DNA of 64,000 bases. Source: a virus. The notes beneath the pieces were generated by a model. That model was given only the letters and a program-made list of their open reading frames with translations, was not told the DNA's origin and ran no database searches. Positions 8,987-19,700 of this stretch are shown here, piece after piece. The stretch lies in IMG/VR virus record IMGVR_UViG_3300009000_000003, one strand, 5' to 3'. Numbering within the stretch: the first letter of the stretch is position 1; every line of letters begins with the position of its first letter. Both the position numbers and the translations under genes were made by a program.

Positions 8987-11444
8987 ATTTTATTTGTTTT
9001 CCATCAGTTTGTACATACCCAGAATCTTTTAGATCTCTAAAAGTCTCTGCTTCTTGCAAAGCAGATTCTCTACTTTTGGGAGAAAGAGAAACAGTCTTAG
9101 GGTCAAGATCAAGAATAAGTTTATCTTTGAAACCAGATATTTTATTCTTTGTAAAGTGTAAAAGAAGTCTAGGTTTGATATTACCTTCTTCGTCTTTCCA
9201 AAAGATTTCTGCGTGCTCTTTGCGATCGTGCATGTCATTGTAAACATGCCAAATAACGTTTGGACGATACATTAGTGCACGTGCATCTGCAAGGTCATCA
9301 TCTACAGGTAAACGAAGTTTGCTGTGATCCATAGGCATATTTTTACGATACTCAGCAGTAGCAATCATGCAAGCATGATATTTAACAGTAAGGTTCTTTT
9401 GTTGATTCGAAATCATTGTCATCCGACTAGATTGTTCCATATTCATAAAATCCATATAGTTATGAGTATTGTCACAAACCATTAAGATTTTTCGATTAGG
9501 GTATCTATTTCTGTAATAGCGAACATTTCTTTCCAAAGTAGAAAGATTAGCGCCATCTTCAGAGTCAATAATAACAAGTCTCTCTTGCTCAATCAAATCT
9601 CTAAATATTTCATTTGCTTGATTAAAAGCAGCTGTATATTCTTCAGGCAATTGAGATAAATGAAATTTAGGTTGAACAACCATACCAATAGTAAGAGGGA
9701 TACTATCTGGAAAGGCCATTTTATAAATGTTAGTTTTAATTCTAGGTTCAATTTGCTCATAAGAATCGTCAGTAGAGTGAATAATAACTAAAGCGTTTTC
9801 ATCACTCATAGCGATATCAGTACCTATCATAAGGCAAGTAGCAGTTTTACCTGAATTAGCACGACCACCGACATACATTAAGCTGCCAGTAGTCCAAGGC
9901 ATACCACCATTCATATTGTCTGCAAACTCTCTAAAATAATTCATTTTAAAAGAAGTAGCAGCTTCATCATCTCCAGCTTGCTCTCTTAGCTCTTGAATGG
10001 ATTCGAATCTATTAAGCTGATAATTAATACCGATGGAATCAGTTTTAAATTCTTTTTCTATAAGCTCAATGTTTTGTTCATGCATAGCAACATGAGATCT
10101 GATATTATCTGGATCTTCAGACACAGCTCTCATATATGCTTCTGCTGACAATTTAATTCTATCTATTTTTTCTGAAAATTTATTATTGCGAATAGCATTA
10201 ACATCTGCCGTAATAGATGTAGTAGAAACAGTAGTATATTGAGCAAGCTCTTTAATAAGAAGCTCACGTTTTACTCCAGTTTCTTCTGCTGCAATAATAG
10301 GAATCATCTTTTGACAGATAACATCTGGTGTTTCACTATCTGAAAAAGAAGTAAGTTGCCAATTAAAAGCAGGTACTTTTTCTAATGAAAGATAAGTAGA
10401 AGGGTCGTCGTGATTCTTAAGGTAATCATCAACGTCCTTAACATCTTCTTCAGGTGCAGAAACTACATAAACAGAAAAACCAGAAATAGACTTTAATATG
10501 TTTTCTAAAACTCTGTGAGTAGCAGCATAACCTGCTTGATCCCAATCAAAGTTAAGATATATTTTGCGAATACCAATTTGCTTTAAAAACAATAAATGAT
10601 TTTCAGTAAAAGCAGTACCGCAAACTGCAACTGCATTCAAAATACCAAGTCGATAAAGTTGCATAAGGTCGCCTGGACCCTCGACAACATAAAGACCATA
10701 TTTTTTAGCTTCTCTATAAGCTACATCAATACCCATAAGAGCTTGGTTCTTTTTATAAATAACAGACTCAGGAGTATTAATATACTTTGGTAAACCATCT
10801 TCTTGATAATTTAAATTTCTACAAATAAAACCAACAGTGCGTTTACAATGATCTTTAATTGGAAAAGTTAATTTATCTTCGCCAAAATAAGAAACATATC
10901 TAGTTCTAATTAAATTTGTAGTAGCAATATAAGAAGAATCCCACCCTTTTTCAATAAGTTTATTAATCAAAAGGTCGGGATCAATACTACCTAGAGGGAC
11001 ATAACGTTGAATCCAATTTCTCTCGACAGCATAATCATTATCTTGAATAGATAAAGAACCCAAAATATCAGAAATATCTTGAGCAATTTTAAATAAAGAG
11101 ATTCTCTCTCTGTCTTCTTGTGTCAAAGAACCTGGAGAGTAATTAATATCCAAGTCATCACAAAGTTGAGGAATAGTAACTTTAAGCCACTCTGGACCAT
11201 TTAAAGGTAAATTATCAAAATGATTTGCAGCAGTAAATATATCACCATGAAAACCACAAGAAAAACATTTTACTGTTTCATTCGCAGTTTTTGGATTAAT
11301 ATGCATACTAGGATCGGAATCATCATGAGCAAAACATTTAAATTTTTTAGTAGAAGAAAAATCTTCTTTTAACTTTAAAGATAAATAATCTGTAAGTTTG
11401 GATCGTAATAAAGAAACTACTTCATCAACATCTGTGATGTACAA
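8952..11444 (-). CDS. DNA primase-helicase fusion (CHC2 Zn finger, DnaG TOPRIM, DnaB-like helicase)
   Basis: CFAHDDSDPS..CFSC; PKYINTPE; VVEGPGD; FDWDQAG; Walker A GGRANSGKT; TKNK. Confidence 0.9.
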   Translation of the reverse strand: MYITDVDEVVSLLRSKLTDYLSLKLKEDFSSTKKFKCFAHDDSDPSMHINPKTANETVKCFSCGFHGDIFTAANHFDNLPLNGPEWLKVTIPQLCDDLDINYSPGSLTQEDRERISLFKIAQDISDILGSLSIQDNDYAVERNWIQRYVPLGSIDPDLLINKLIEKGWDSSYIATTNLIRTRYVSYFGEDKLTFPIKDHCKRTVGFICRNLNYQEDGLPKYINTPESVIYKKNQALMGIDVAYREAKKYGLYVVEGPGDLMQLYRLGILNAVAVCGTAFTENHLLFLKQIGIRKIYLNFDWDQAGYAATHRVLENILKSISGFSVYVVSAPEEDVKDVDDYLKNHDDPSTYLSLEKVPAFNWQLTSFSDSETPDVICQKMIPIIAAEETGVKRELLIKELAQYTTVSTTSITADVNAIRNNKFSEKIDRIKLSAEAYMRAVSEDPDNIRSHVAMHEQNIELIEKEFKTDSIGINYQLNRFESIQELREQAGDDEAATSFKMNYFREFADNMNGGMPWTTGSLMYVGGRANSGKTATCLMIGTDIAMSDENALVIIHSTDDSYEQIEPRIKTNIYKMAFPDSIPLTIGMVVQPKFHLSQLPEEYTAAFNQANEIFRDLIEQERLVIIDSEDGANLSTLERNVRYYRNRYPNRKILMVCDNTHNYMDFMNMEQSSRMTMISNQQKNLTVKYHACMIATAEYRKNMPMDHSKLRLPVDDDLADARALMYRPNVIWHVYNDMHDRKEHAEIFWKDEEGNIKPRLLLHFTKNKISGFKDKLILDLDPKTVSLSPKSRESALQEAETFRDLKDSGYVQTDGKQIKYVRAEEYDQDY

Positions 11445-11454
11445 TAGAAATCTC

Positions 11455-12516
11455 CTAATTTAAAATATGTGGGCGACTCTCATTAAAACCACTAGATGTA
11501 ATTTTTACAAATTTTACATTTTCAGGTTTTAAATCTGAGATTTGTTTTATAGACAAATAAGAAATTGTAGAAGCTAAAGCAGACTTAACTTCTTTATTAA
11601 AAGTATAAAAAGATTTTGTTGGGTGTATTTTTTTATTATTTTGTACACCTTCTGGAACACCATTAATTTTACCACGCTTATCTTTTTGAAATTCAGCAGA
11701 AGCTTGTCCTCTATAATATTTATAAGGTTTAGAAAAGAGTGGACGAATCCAACCTTCTGACTCATATATAGTTGAAAGCATACTACCTATCATCACGCCA
11801 TTAGCTCCAGCGGCTAGATATTTTGCAATATCACCAGTATTTTTAATTCCACCATCGGCAATTAATTTAAAGTTATTATATTCTTGAAATTGAAAATAAC
11901 GATAAATTTCATAAACTGCCGAAAGGTTAGGATAACCGCAACCAGTAACGATTCTTGTACTGCAAGCACTACCAGGGCCAATTCCAATGCGAACATGATT
12001 ACAACCAGCGGTATGAACAAATTCCGCTGCCCCAGGGGTTGCTACAGTACCTGACATTAAATTTTTACACCAAGAAAACCTAGAATAAGTTTCATATATT
12101 ATTTCCATTTCTTGAGTAGCACCATGGGCTACATCTACAGATATATTTAAATAAAAATCTTCTGGAAGTTGTTTAGTTTGTTTTAAATATTCAATTAATT
12201 CCCAATCGGAATCAAAAGCTCCAACGCTATACCAAAAATTTTCTTGAGAATGAAATTTTAAAATAGCTTTAACTTTTTGATCTAAAGGTAAAAATCTACA
12301 AAATACTGGATTTTGATTTTCAGCAATCATAGCTTCAGACATATTTAAACCAGTAACCACATCCATGGGACTGGAAAAAATAAAAGATGAATCAATAATA
12401 GCTTCAGATCTAGATTTTAAAAGACCAATAGAAGGTTGTAACAATACATCGTTAGTAGAAAGTTTTACTTGCGATGCATCTTCAAGACTAAAAACAAGAT
12501 CGTTGTATTTTATCAT
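11455..12516 (-). CDS. IMP dehydrogenase / GMP reductase family protein (no CBS domains)
   Basis: SSPMDVV, VDVAHG, GIGPGSACSTR, IADGGIK, VMIGS. Confidence 0.9.
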   Translation of the reverse strand: MIKYNDLVFSLEDASQVKLSTNDVLLQPSIGLLKSRSEAIIDSSFIFSSPMDVVTGLNMSEAMIAENQNPVFCRFLPLDQKVKAILKFHSQENFWYSVGAFDSDWELIEYLKQTKQLPEDFYLNISVDVAHGATQEMEIIYETYSRFSWCKNLMSGTVATPGAAEFVHTAGCNHVRIGIGPGSACSTRIVTGCGYPNLSAVYEIYRYFQFQEYNNFKLIADGGIKNTGDIAKYLAAGANGVMIGSMLSTIYESEGWIRPLFSKPYKYYRGQASAEFQKDKRGKINGVPEGVQNNKKIHPTKSFYTFNKEVKSALASTISYLSIKQISDLKPENVKFVKITSSGFNESRPHILN

Positions 12517-12745
12517 ATTTAATTTTAACTGACTCTTTCTTACCTAAAATCCATTTAGTGCCATCATCTTGCCTTAAGTACAAGGCTCCTGAAAAAACAA
12601 AATCGTTTTTTGGATTAACTTTAGTTTTAGCATGTGAGTATAATTCTCGAACCCAGAACTTAGAAGCTTTTTCAAAAGTCCAAGGCCCAAGAATTGATTT
12701 ATCAATACCATGCACATGTATATCTATATAATATTTGTGTTTCAT
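12488..12745 (-). CDS. Hypothetical protein
   Basis: 85 aa ORF in operon. Confidence 0.45.
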   Translation of the reverse strand: MKHKYYIDIHVHGIDKSILGPWTFEKASKFWVRELYSHAKTKVNPKNDFVFSGALYLRQDDGTKWILGKKESVKIKYDKIQRSCF

Positions 12746-12774
12746 TTTTAATTAATCTTTTATTTATTTGTTTG

Positions 12775-13761
12775 TTAATCTTGATAACAAACGTTTTTAT
12801 ATTCGCAAAGACGACATTGCCAATCACCTTTTTCTACAGGCTTGACAAGTCTAGTCTTTCCTTCTTCAATTTGTTTTTTACGTTTTTCATATTGAGTAGT
12901 TTCAGTTTTATTTAACTGCCCAGCTTCATATAAAGAATCAATCATTTCCTCAGTATAAGATAAATAATAATCTCTATCTGGGATTTGATTATTTTCTAAA
13001 GCAGTCATAATAGAAGCATAATTAGTCATAATAGACTGAATAGTGATTCCGCTATTAACTTTTTTAGTTTGAATGGGGTAGTTACCTTGATACCAAATAT
13101 AATCAAGACCATCTTCTTCATTATGTTCTACTGTAACAAGAAATTCTGCAAAACGACCTGTATCACGAGCACCATAAAGTAGTATGCCTGGGCCCCACTC
13201 TTTAGGGTTGGCGTACCAAGATTGATAAATACCAAGCTGCATTAAGTGAGACTCTCTGGGAGTACCCATTTCCATCTTTTTATGCATGGCTTCAGTACCG
13301 ATAATGTTATTAGCATTAAAACCATAAATAGATTTAACTTCTATAATTTGATAATTAGAATCTTCAGGATTTAAAACTATTAAGTCAATTTTACCAGAAA
13401 CGTTAAATTTAGGCACATAAATAGATATTTGTGTACCAACGTAAACTCCAGCTTGTTTTGCAAGCTCAATGCAGTACTCCTCGTAAAGTTCACCAGCACG
13501 CCAAATCCATTTAGTGTATTGACTTACTGGAAGTTTTTTTTCTTTAATTTCTAAAGCTAAGGGTTCAATATAATCATATTTCTCATTAAAATTATATGAA
13601 TCTGTAGCATAACGATAATAAGATTGGCGGCGACACTTACCAACAACTTTCCCACCTACCATAGCTGTAGCAGCAGAAGGCCATAAGGTAGGGGCTTTTT
13701 GTTCATCTAAAAAGCCTCTGGAAAGCTCGTTAGTAATTTGATTTACAAATGACCATGTCAA
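12775..13761 (-). CDS. Cas4-like / PD-(D/E)XK exonuclease
   Basis: C-R-R...SGKIDL...EVKS...QLGIY...CRLCEYKNVC (Cys cluster typical of Cas4-like nucleases). Confidence 0.8.
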   Translation of the reverse strand: MTWSFVNQITNELSRGFLDEQKAPTLWPSAATAMVGGKVVGKCRRQSYYRYATDSYNFNEKYDYIEPLALEIKEKKLPVSQYTKWIWRAGELYEEYCIELAKQAGVYVGTQISIYVPKFNVSGKIDLIVLNPEDSNYQIIEVKSIYGFNANNIIGTEAMHKKMEMGTPRESHLMQLGIYQSWYANPKEWGPGILLYGARDTGRFAEFLVTVEHNEEDGLDYIWYQGNYPIQTKKVNSGITIQSIMTNYASIMTALENNQIPDRDYYLSYTEEMIDSLYEAGQLNKTETTQYEKRKKQIEEGKTRLVKPVEKGDWQCRLCEYKNVCYQD

Positions 13762-14094
13762 TTAACTGTCCTCCATATTGACATCTTGTTTGAAAACTTC
13801 TTCAGCGGCTTCTTGTGGGTCTTTAATGCCTTGTTTAATCTTTTCAAACTGTTGAGTAATTTCTTCTAAGCGTGAGTTTTGAAACTCTTCAAATTTTTCA
13901 TCAAGTTTAATTTCGATACCTTTTTCCTCTAACTGAGAATACATATATTCTACTAAAAGAGATACTTGAATCATTGAATTAAAATTGTAATCAATTCTTG
14001 CTTCAAGAGCATCTGCAATATTAATAAAAAATTGAAAAGGTACTGGTTTATCTTTTAATTCATCTGGAAGATTAATTTCTTTTTGGTCGCTCAT
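13762..14094 (-). CDS. Hypothetical acidic protein
   Basis: 110 aa ORF in operon. Confidence 0.5.
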   Translation of the reverse strand: MSDQKEINLPDELKDKPVPFQFFINIADALEARIDYNFNSMIQVSLLVEYMYSQLEEKGIEIKLDEKFEEFQNSRLEEITQQFEKIKQGIKDPQEAAEEVFKQDVNMEDS

Positions 14095-15170
14095 AAAGCT
14101 CCTTTTTTTGTAGGTAAATGTGAGCCTAAATAATAGGTTTGAGAATCATTAAAATTAGTATTTCCGTAAGCATCTTGATAAATTACAGCATAACCATTCA
14201 TTGCGTTTTTAAATCTAAGATCAGGTTGGAATTGATAGGGAAGCTTATGAGCCATAGCCCCTTGCTCAATTAACATTTTTCCTGATACAATTCCTTTATA
14301 AACTTTATGAGTATGCCCAACAACAATAGAATCAAAATCGTCGTAATGCATTCTTTCAGAAAAATGATCAAGTAATTTAACAACTGTAGCGCCAGGATAT
14401 TTAGAGCCAAAACCACTAGGATGGCAAAAAATAGTTTTACCAACCCTAACATACCATGGATCATGTCTTTGATAGAGGACGTTATCGAAATTAAGTTTTT
14501 CAATTAATTCTCCTCTGTCATTTAGTTTTTCACCATTGCTAATCTTAAACAATAGATCAGTACCAAATACTGAGCTAGCATCTTGATTAAAGCCTGCTTG
14601 TTTAACAGCTCGAGTAGTTCTATAATCATGGTTGCCGCATACTAATATTACTGTTTCAAAATGATCAGATAAGTAATGTACTAAATCAAATGCTACTTTA
14701 TATTCTTTTAAAGCAGCAATATTTTTGCTTTTAGAAAATGTACTAAATATATAAGCATCTAATATGTCGCCATTTAAAACAACAACATTAGCATCGGAAT
14801 GCAAAGTTAAAGCAGCTTCCATATCTTCCCAAAGGAAAAATGGAACATGTAAATCACTAAAAGTAATGATTTTACGTTCTTTAGAAGTCGTAAGACCTAA
14901 ATCTTTTTTAACAGATTTGGATCTATAGTCTTTAGTAGTTTTAATAATATAATCCCAAGAATCATTATAAGAAACAACGCTTTTAACATCAGGATCTCTA
15001 GAGATTTTATCTCTAGCAATCTTTCTGCGAATAGCATGTTCCGTTCTTTCAAAAGGAAAGCCTGGAACATTGTTTAAATGAAATTGAGAATATTTTTCTG
15101 CTAATTCTGAATTAGAATATTTGTTAATATTTTCAATTAGGAAGTTCTCTTCTTCAGGAGTCCACTTCAT
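14091..15170 (-). CDS. Calcineurin-like metallophosphoesterase with N-terminal helical (Myb/HTH-like) domain
   Basis: SDLH, GDILD, GNHD, GHTH motifs; MKWTPEEENFL start. Confidence 0.85.
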   Translation of the reverse strand: MKWTPEEENFLIENINKYSNSELAEKYSQFHLNNVPGFPFERTEHAIRRKIARDKISRDPDVKSVVSYNDSWDYIIKTTKDYRSKSVKKDLGLTTSKERKIITFSDLHVPFFLWEDMEAALTLHSDANVVVLNGDILDAYIFSTFSKSKNIAALKEYKVAFDLVHYLSDHFETVILVCGNHDYRTTRAVKQAGFNQDASSVFGTDLLFKISNGEKLNDRGELIEKLNFDNVLYQRHDPWYVRVGKTIFCHPSGFGSKYPGATVVKLLDHFSERMHYDDFDSIVVGHTHKVYKGIVSGKMLIEQGAMAHKLPYQFQPDLRFKNAMNGYAVIYQDAYGNTNFNDSQTYYLGSHLPTKKGAL

Positions 15171-16413
15171 CTGTTTGTATTCTTTCTAAATGTTTTAAAA
15201 TTAATTTTATATCTGGATCTGTTTGTTCTACTTTTACTTTAGCTTTTATAATATCTGATTCTTTTAAACCAGTAGCTTTTATTTTTTCCCATATAGAAGG
15301 AAACAATACAATCTCAGCACTAGCTGTAGAGTCATCTATTTCCATAAAAGCCATCATTTGTCCACGTCTAGTTTTAATTTCTTTTAACGATAAAATTACT
15401 CCAGCTACTCTAGCATCTAAACCAGGAGTAAGTGAAGATAAATCTTCTTTATTAATTTGAATTAAATCCAAAGGATGACCGCCAATATAGCAGCCAATAT
15501 AATTGGCTTGATCCATTATTTGTTTTAAAGTCAAAGGAACAAATTCTGTACGTTCAATTTCAGGAAAAGTAGGCTTTTCTTTTTTAGCTAAAGCAGGAAG
15601 CCTTTTTAATTTTTGATCTTCTAAATCTTGAAGCTCAGGTTCATAAATGTGAAGATTTGAAACATCTTCTTCTTTTTCTTTACCTTTAGAAATACGATTA
15701 GTTATTTTTTTAACTTCATTGCGTAAATAATTACGTCTTTCAATTAAAGGTTCTACGCGCTCATTATGCCTTTGACGTTCTACATAGTCAATTTCTCTTT
15801 GAGCATAATCTTCTAAATCTCTTACATATTGGTAAATACTAGAAGTATATTGAATCAAAGAATCTCGAGTATAACCCATTCGGTCAAAAGCACCTGCATG
15901 GACTAAAGCTTCAAAAACTTTTGTATTTACTTTTTGTAAATTAACTCTATCGAGAAAATCTCTTACGCTTTTAAAAGGTAGATTACCTCTAGCTTTAATA
16001 ATAGCTTTAGCTGCAGTTTTACCAACATCTCGAATAGCATTTAATCCAAAGTATATTTCATGATCTACAATGGTGAATTCATAACCGCTTTGATTAACAC
16101 TAGGCGGATAAACATTTACATTAAAACGTTTGGCTTCATTAATATATTCAGGAGCTTTAACTGCCCAAGATTTAGGTTGTAAAGTTTTACTTCGAGTACT
16201 CATTAAGGCAGCAAAAAATTCTACAGGATAATGAGCCTTCATATATGCAGTAATATAAGTCAACATAGAATAACTTACACTGTGTGCTTTATTAAAACAA
16301 TTTGAAGCAACAAGACCATTAGCTAAAGTAAAATTATGAGTATTGGTGCTAGATGCAACACCAATATCATATACTTGTTGCTCTCCAAGATATTCTTTTT
16401 TAATAATTTTCAA
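15154..16413 (-). CDS. dnaE: DNA polymerase III alpha, C-terminal part, preceded by split intein C-half (38 aa)
   Basis: MKIIKKEYLGEQQVYDIGV...HNFTLANGLVASN|CFNKAHSVSY...YPVEFFAALM; HhH and OB-fold motifs; TTG start. Confidence 0.95.
   Translation of the reverse strand: MKIIKKEYLGEQQVYDIGVASSTNTHNFTLANGLVASNCFNKAHSVSYSMLTYITAYMKAHYPVEFFAALMSTRSKTLQPKSWAVKAPEYINEAKRFNVNVYPPSVNQSGYEFTIVDHEIYFGLNAIRDVGKTAAKAIIKARGNLPFKSVRDFLDRVNLQKVNTKVFEALVHAGAFDRMGYTRDSLIQYTSSIYQYVRDLEDYAQREIDYVERQRHNERVEPLIERRNYLRNEVKKITNRISKGKEKEEDVSNLHIYEPELQDLEDQKLKRLPALAKKEKPTFPEIERTEFVPLTLKQIMDQANYIGCYIGGHPLDLIQINKEDLSSLTPGLDARVAGVILSLKEIKTRRGQMMAFMEIDDSTASAEIVLFPSIWEKIKATGLKESDIIKAKVKVEQTDPDIKLILKHLERIQTDEVDS
16300..16413 (-). 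mobile_element. Split intein, C-terminal half (IntC)
   Basis: Block F VYDIGV..HNF, terminal Ser-Asn, +1 Cys. Confidence 0.95.
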
Positions 16414-16415
16414 AA

Positions 16416-16649
16416 TTAATCTTCCACTTTAATATTTAAATCAGACATTTTTAAAGGTCGACCAGAGTCGCCATGAAAAGAATAAAAAGTAATTCCTTTA
16501 ACATGGTTTTTTAATTTATCAAAACTATCAATTACAATATTTTTTGTTTCATAACCATCAGGAATATATTTAGTAGCATAAGTATTTATGCCACAAAGAG
16601 ATCTTTGCCGATAGTATTTTGGATTTTTATAAGAAGCAATAATACGCAT
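16416..16649 (-). CDS. Hypothetical protein
   Basis: AAAGGA RBS; stop lies 2 nt before the IntC start. Confidence 0.5.
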   Translation of the reverse strand: MRIIASYKNPKYYRQRSLCGINTYATKYIPDGYETKNIVIDSFDKLKNHVKGITFYSFHGDSGRPLKMSDLNIKVED

Positions 16650-16669
16650 AATATTCCTTTATTAAAAAT

Positions 16670-16705
16670 AAAAAAAGGGCAGCTTGAATAAACAAGCCAC
16701 CCTTT
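16670..16705 (-). terminator. Rho-independent terminator
   Basis: Minus strand GGGTGGCTTG-TTTATT-CAAGCTGCCC followed by a T7 tract, downstream of the 1107 aa gene. Confidence 0.8.
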
Positions 16706-16749
16706 AAAAACAAGAAATTACTTTATTTGTTAAAGTGTATTAGTTTTGA

Positions 16750-19700
16750 TTAAACTTGATACCAGTCGGTAGAATTAATTGCTATTAAACGTAAAGTTTG
16801 TTTAGCAGCTAAAGTTATTAAAGTTGCACTAGAGCTTTGACCAGACTCATAGATTACATCGTTCCCATCTGCTGATACGGTGATACTATTACTATTAGTA
16901 TTAATATAAATCATTTCTAACCCTTGAGATGCTGAAGGTAATGTAGCATTGCTAGAAGTAACGATAATATGATTACCTAAATCATATTTCATCGTGCCTT
17001 CAAATTCAATCCCACTTGACCCGCCTGTTATTTTTGCTTGGGCTACAAGATTGCTTGAAATAATTACATCACTTGCAGACCCAGCACTTATAGTTAAATC
17101 GCCTGAATTTGCATAAAGTTCTGGAGTAATGACGCTATCAGCAGTCAAGTCGCCACCAGTCAAAGTAGCAATACCATCTGTGAAAGTGCCGGAAGCTACT
17201 TTACTAAGATTTGCAATTTCTCTATTTGAATTAACTACAAGAGCTTTATTTGCAGCAGCAGTGCCATCAGTAATATCGTCAATTTTCTCTAAATCAGCTG
17301 CATCAAGAACAGCGCTACCTACAGTAATAGTAGTAGCAGAAATACTACTTGCTAAATCAAAATCAAGAGAATTTGTTGCACTATCTGCAGAAATAACAAT
17401 GTTCCCTCTAGCTTCAGAAGAAAATATAACAGTTTGACCAAGATTAGGAGAAATAGTAAGACCACCAATACCTGCGCCAGTAGTACCTTTAATAAAGAAA
17501 CCAGAATTATCTAATTTGGCATTAGTAACACCACCATCTTTAATTTCTACAGAACCAGCTGTAACATCAAAATTAGCACCATTAAACTTAGCAACACCAA
17601 GAGTTGCCGCAGTAGCAGTTTCTACAGAAATAGAAAGCGCATCCGTATTAGCGTCATATGAAGTAGAGAGATTAGAAGTGGTTGCTCCACTTACAAGAGC
17701 TCCTGCAAGATCAGTTACTTCAGCATCAAAATCAGTAATTTGAGTATGATCAATACTAATATTTTGATGAGTAGCAGCTGTTAAACGACCTTGAGCATCA
17801 ACACTAATAGACAAAGATTTAGAAGCTTCACCATAATCGCCCGCAGTTACATTTGTATTATCAAGTGCAAAAGAGACTTGATCATCGCTGACTGTAGAAG
17901 TAAGAGCAGTTCCACCAACAAAAGTAAGAGTGCCACCAAGCAATGCAAGAGAATCCGCACCAGAATCACCTTTAAAAGCAAGGCTTGTAGCAACATCAGC
18001 AGTGCTGATACTGCGGACTCTACCACGAGTATCTACTTCAACTACAGGGATTTCAGTAGCAGAGCCATAAGTATCTGCAGTGAGGCCTGAAATAGTTGCT
18101 AAAGCAATTGTAGCTGCACCATTTTCTTGGTTGCTATTAGCTAAAACAAAATCTGAATTAGAGCCGCTTTCATTAAGTGTAGCAACATAATCACCAGTAG
18201 TATGAGTACCAAGATCAACTGAATCACTTTGCATTAATACGCTAACTGTAGCAGTACCAGTACCATTAGTAGTTACTGAGCCAGCCACATCACCTGCAAT
18301 AGCAATTGTAAAATTTGAAGCTAAAGCAGAAGCAGTGTCTGCATTCCCTTCAAGAGCACCACTAAATGTAGTTGCTGTAATTTTTTGCATTCCAGCAATA
18401 ACAGTATTCGTAGCGCCAAGAGTGAGAGCGGTGCTACCTAAAGTAGTAATTGAATTAGCTAACTGAGCATTAGAAACGCCTGCAGCCTTAATACTAACTG
18501 CGCCAGAAGTAACACTAAAATCTGAAGATGCAAATGAAGCTACACCCTTATTACTTTCAGAAGCATCTTCTGCAGCAACAGTAAGAGTATTAGCTACATC
18601 GTCATAAGTTAAAACAATAGCTTCACCTTGAGTAAGAAGATTGTCAACTCGATCGTCTACTCTTTCATCAGTGTAATAAAGATTAGTACCTTCTGCTAAA
18701 TTATCAGTGCTGTGATTAGAGAGTGTGCTGATTTTACCTATAAAAGTAGTAGCAGTAACAGTATCAAATGTAACATCATCTGTAGTTCCTACAGCCTGAC
18801 CAATTGAAATTGTTGAAGAACCAGTAATTGTAATACCAGTTCCAGCTTCAAGAATGTTGTTTACTGCTGAAGGAAGATCAGAAAGTTTAGCAGAGTCAAT
18901 TGTTGAATCAACAATATTTGCATTAGTAATAGTTCCAACTTTAAGAGTATCGGCGTCAATAAGAATAGACGCGCCATCAACATTAACACTAAGCTGACCA
19001 TTAGTATCAGCTAAACCAGCACCGTCAAGTCCTGTAACTTTACTTGCAGCAATTTGACCATCAGTAAGAGTCAAAGTGCCTGTTGAAACATCTAAAGCTT
19101 TTACTGTACCTAAAGAAGTTAATTCAGAACCTGCAAAGCTGTAAGTTCCAGCTGCAAAAGTACCTTCTGAAACCTTATTTGCAGGAATTTGACCTGCAGC
19201 AAGAGTTAAAGTAGCAGCACTTACATCTAAAGTAGAACCATCAGCAACTGTAATATCTTTAGAAAGTAAAGCTTGTTCAAATTGAATTTGAGAGTCAGCA
19301 GTATCTAAAACGATATAATCTGAAGCTCCAGCAGAAATGCTCAAAGCGTCTTGTTTAGTTTCAGGAAGCTTAACAGTAAATTGAGCAGTATCTAAAGCAG
19401 AACCATCAATAGTTAATTCAGCGTCATTAGATGCAATTACTGAAGAGCTAACAGTAGAAGCAGTCAAAGTAGAATCTAAAGAAACATTTCTAAAACCAGA
19501 AATATCTTTAGAAGAATCAACGACTACAGCAAGACCTTGAGAAACTGAACCAACAGTAACACCATCAAGTAAATTTAATTCAGAAGCAGTAGATGTAACT
19601 GCAGTTGCACCTAAAGTAATTCCTCCCTCAGGAGCAATAATTTTAGTTTTAATTGTACCTAAAGAAGCAGAACTAAAGTCAACTGTTGTGCCATCGCCGC

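Noticed and set aside
12775-13761. CRISPR-Cas adaptation module
   Set aside because: Solo Cas4-like nuclease, common in phages; no cas1, cas2 or array in the window.
16416-16649. Homing endonuclease between the split intein halves
   Set aside because: Only 77 aa, with no HNH, GIY-YIG, LAGLIDADG or Vsr-like motif.
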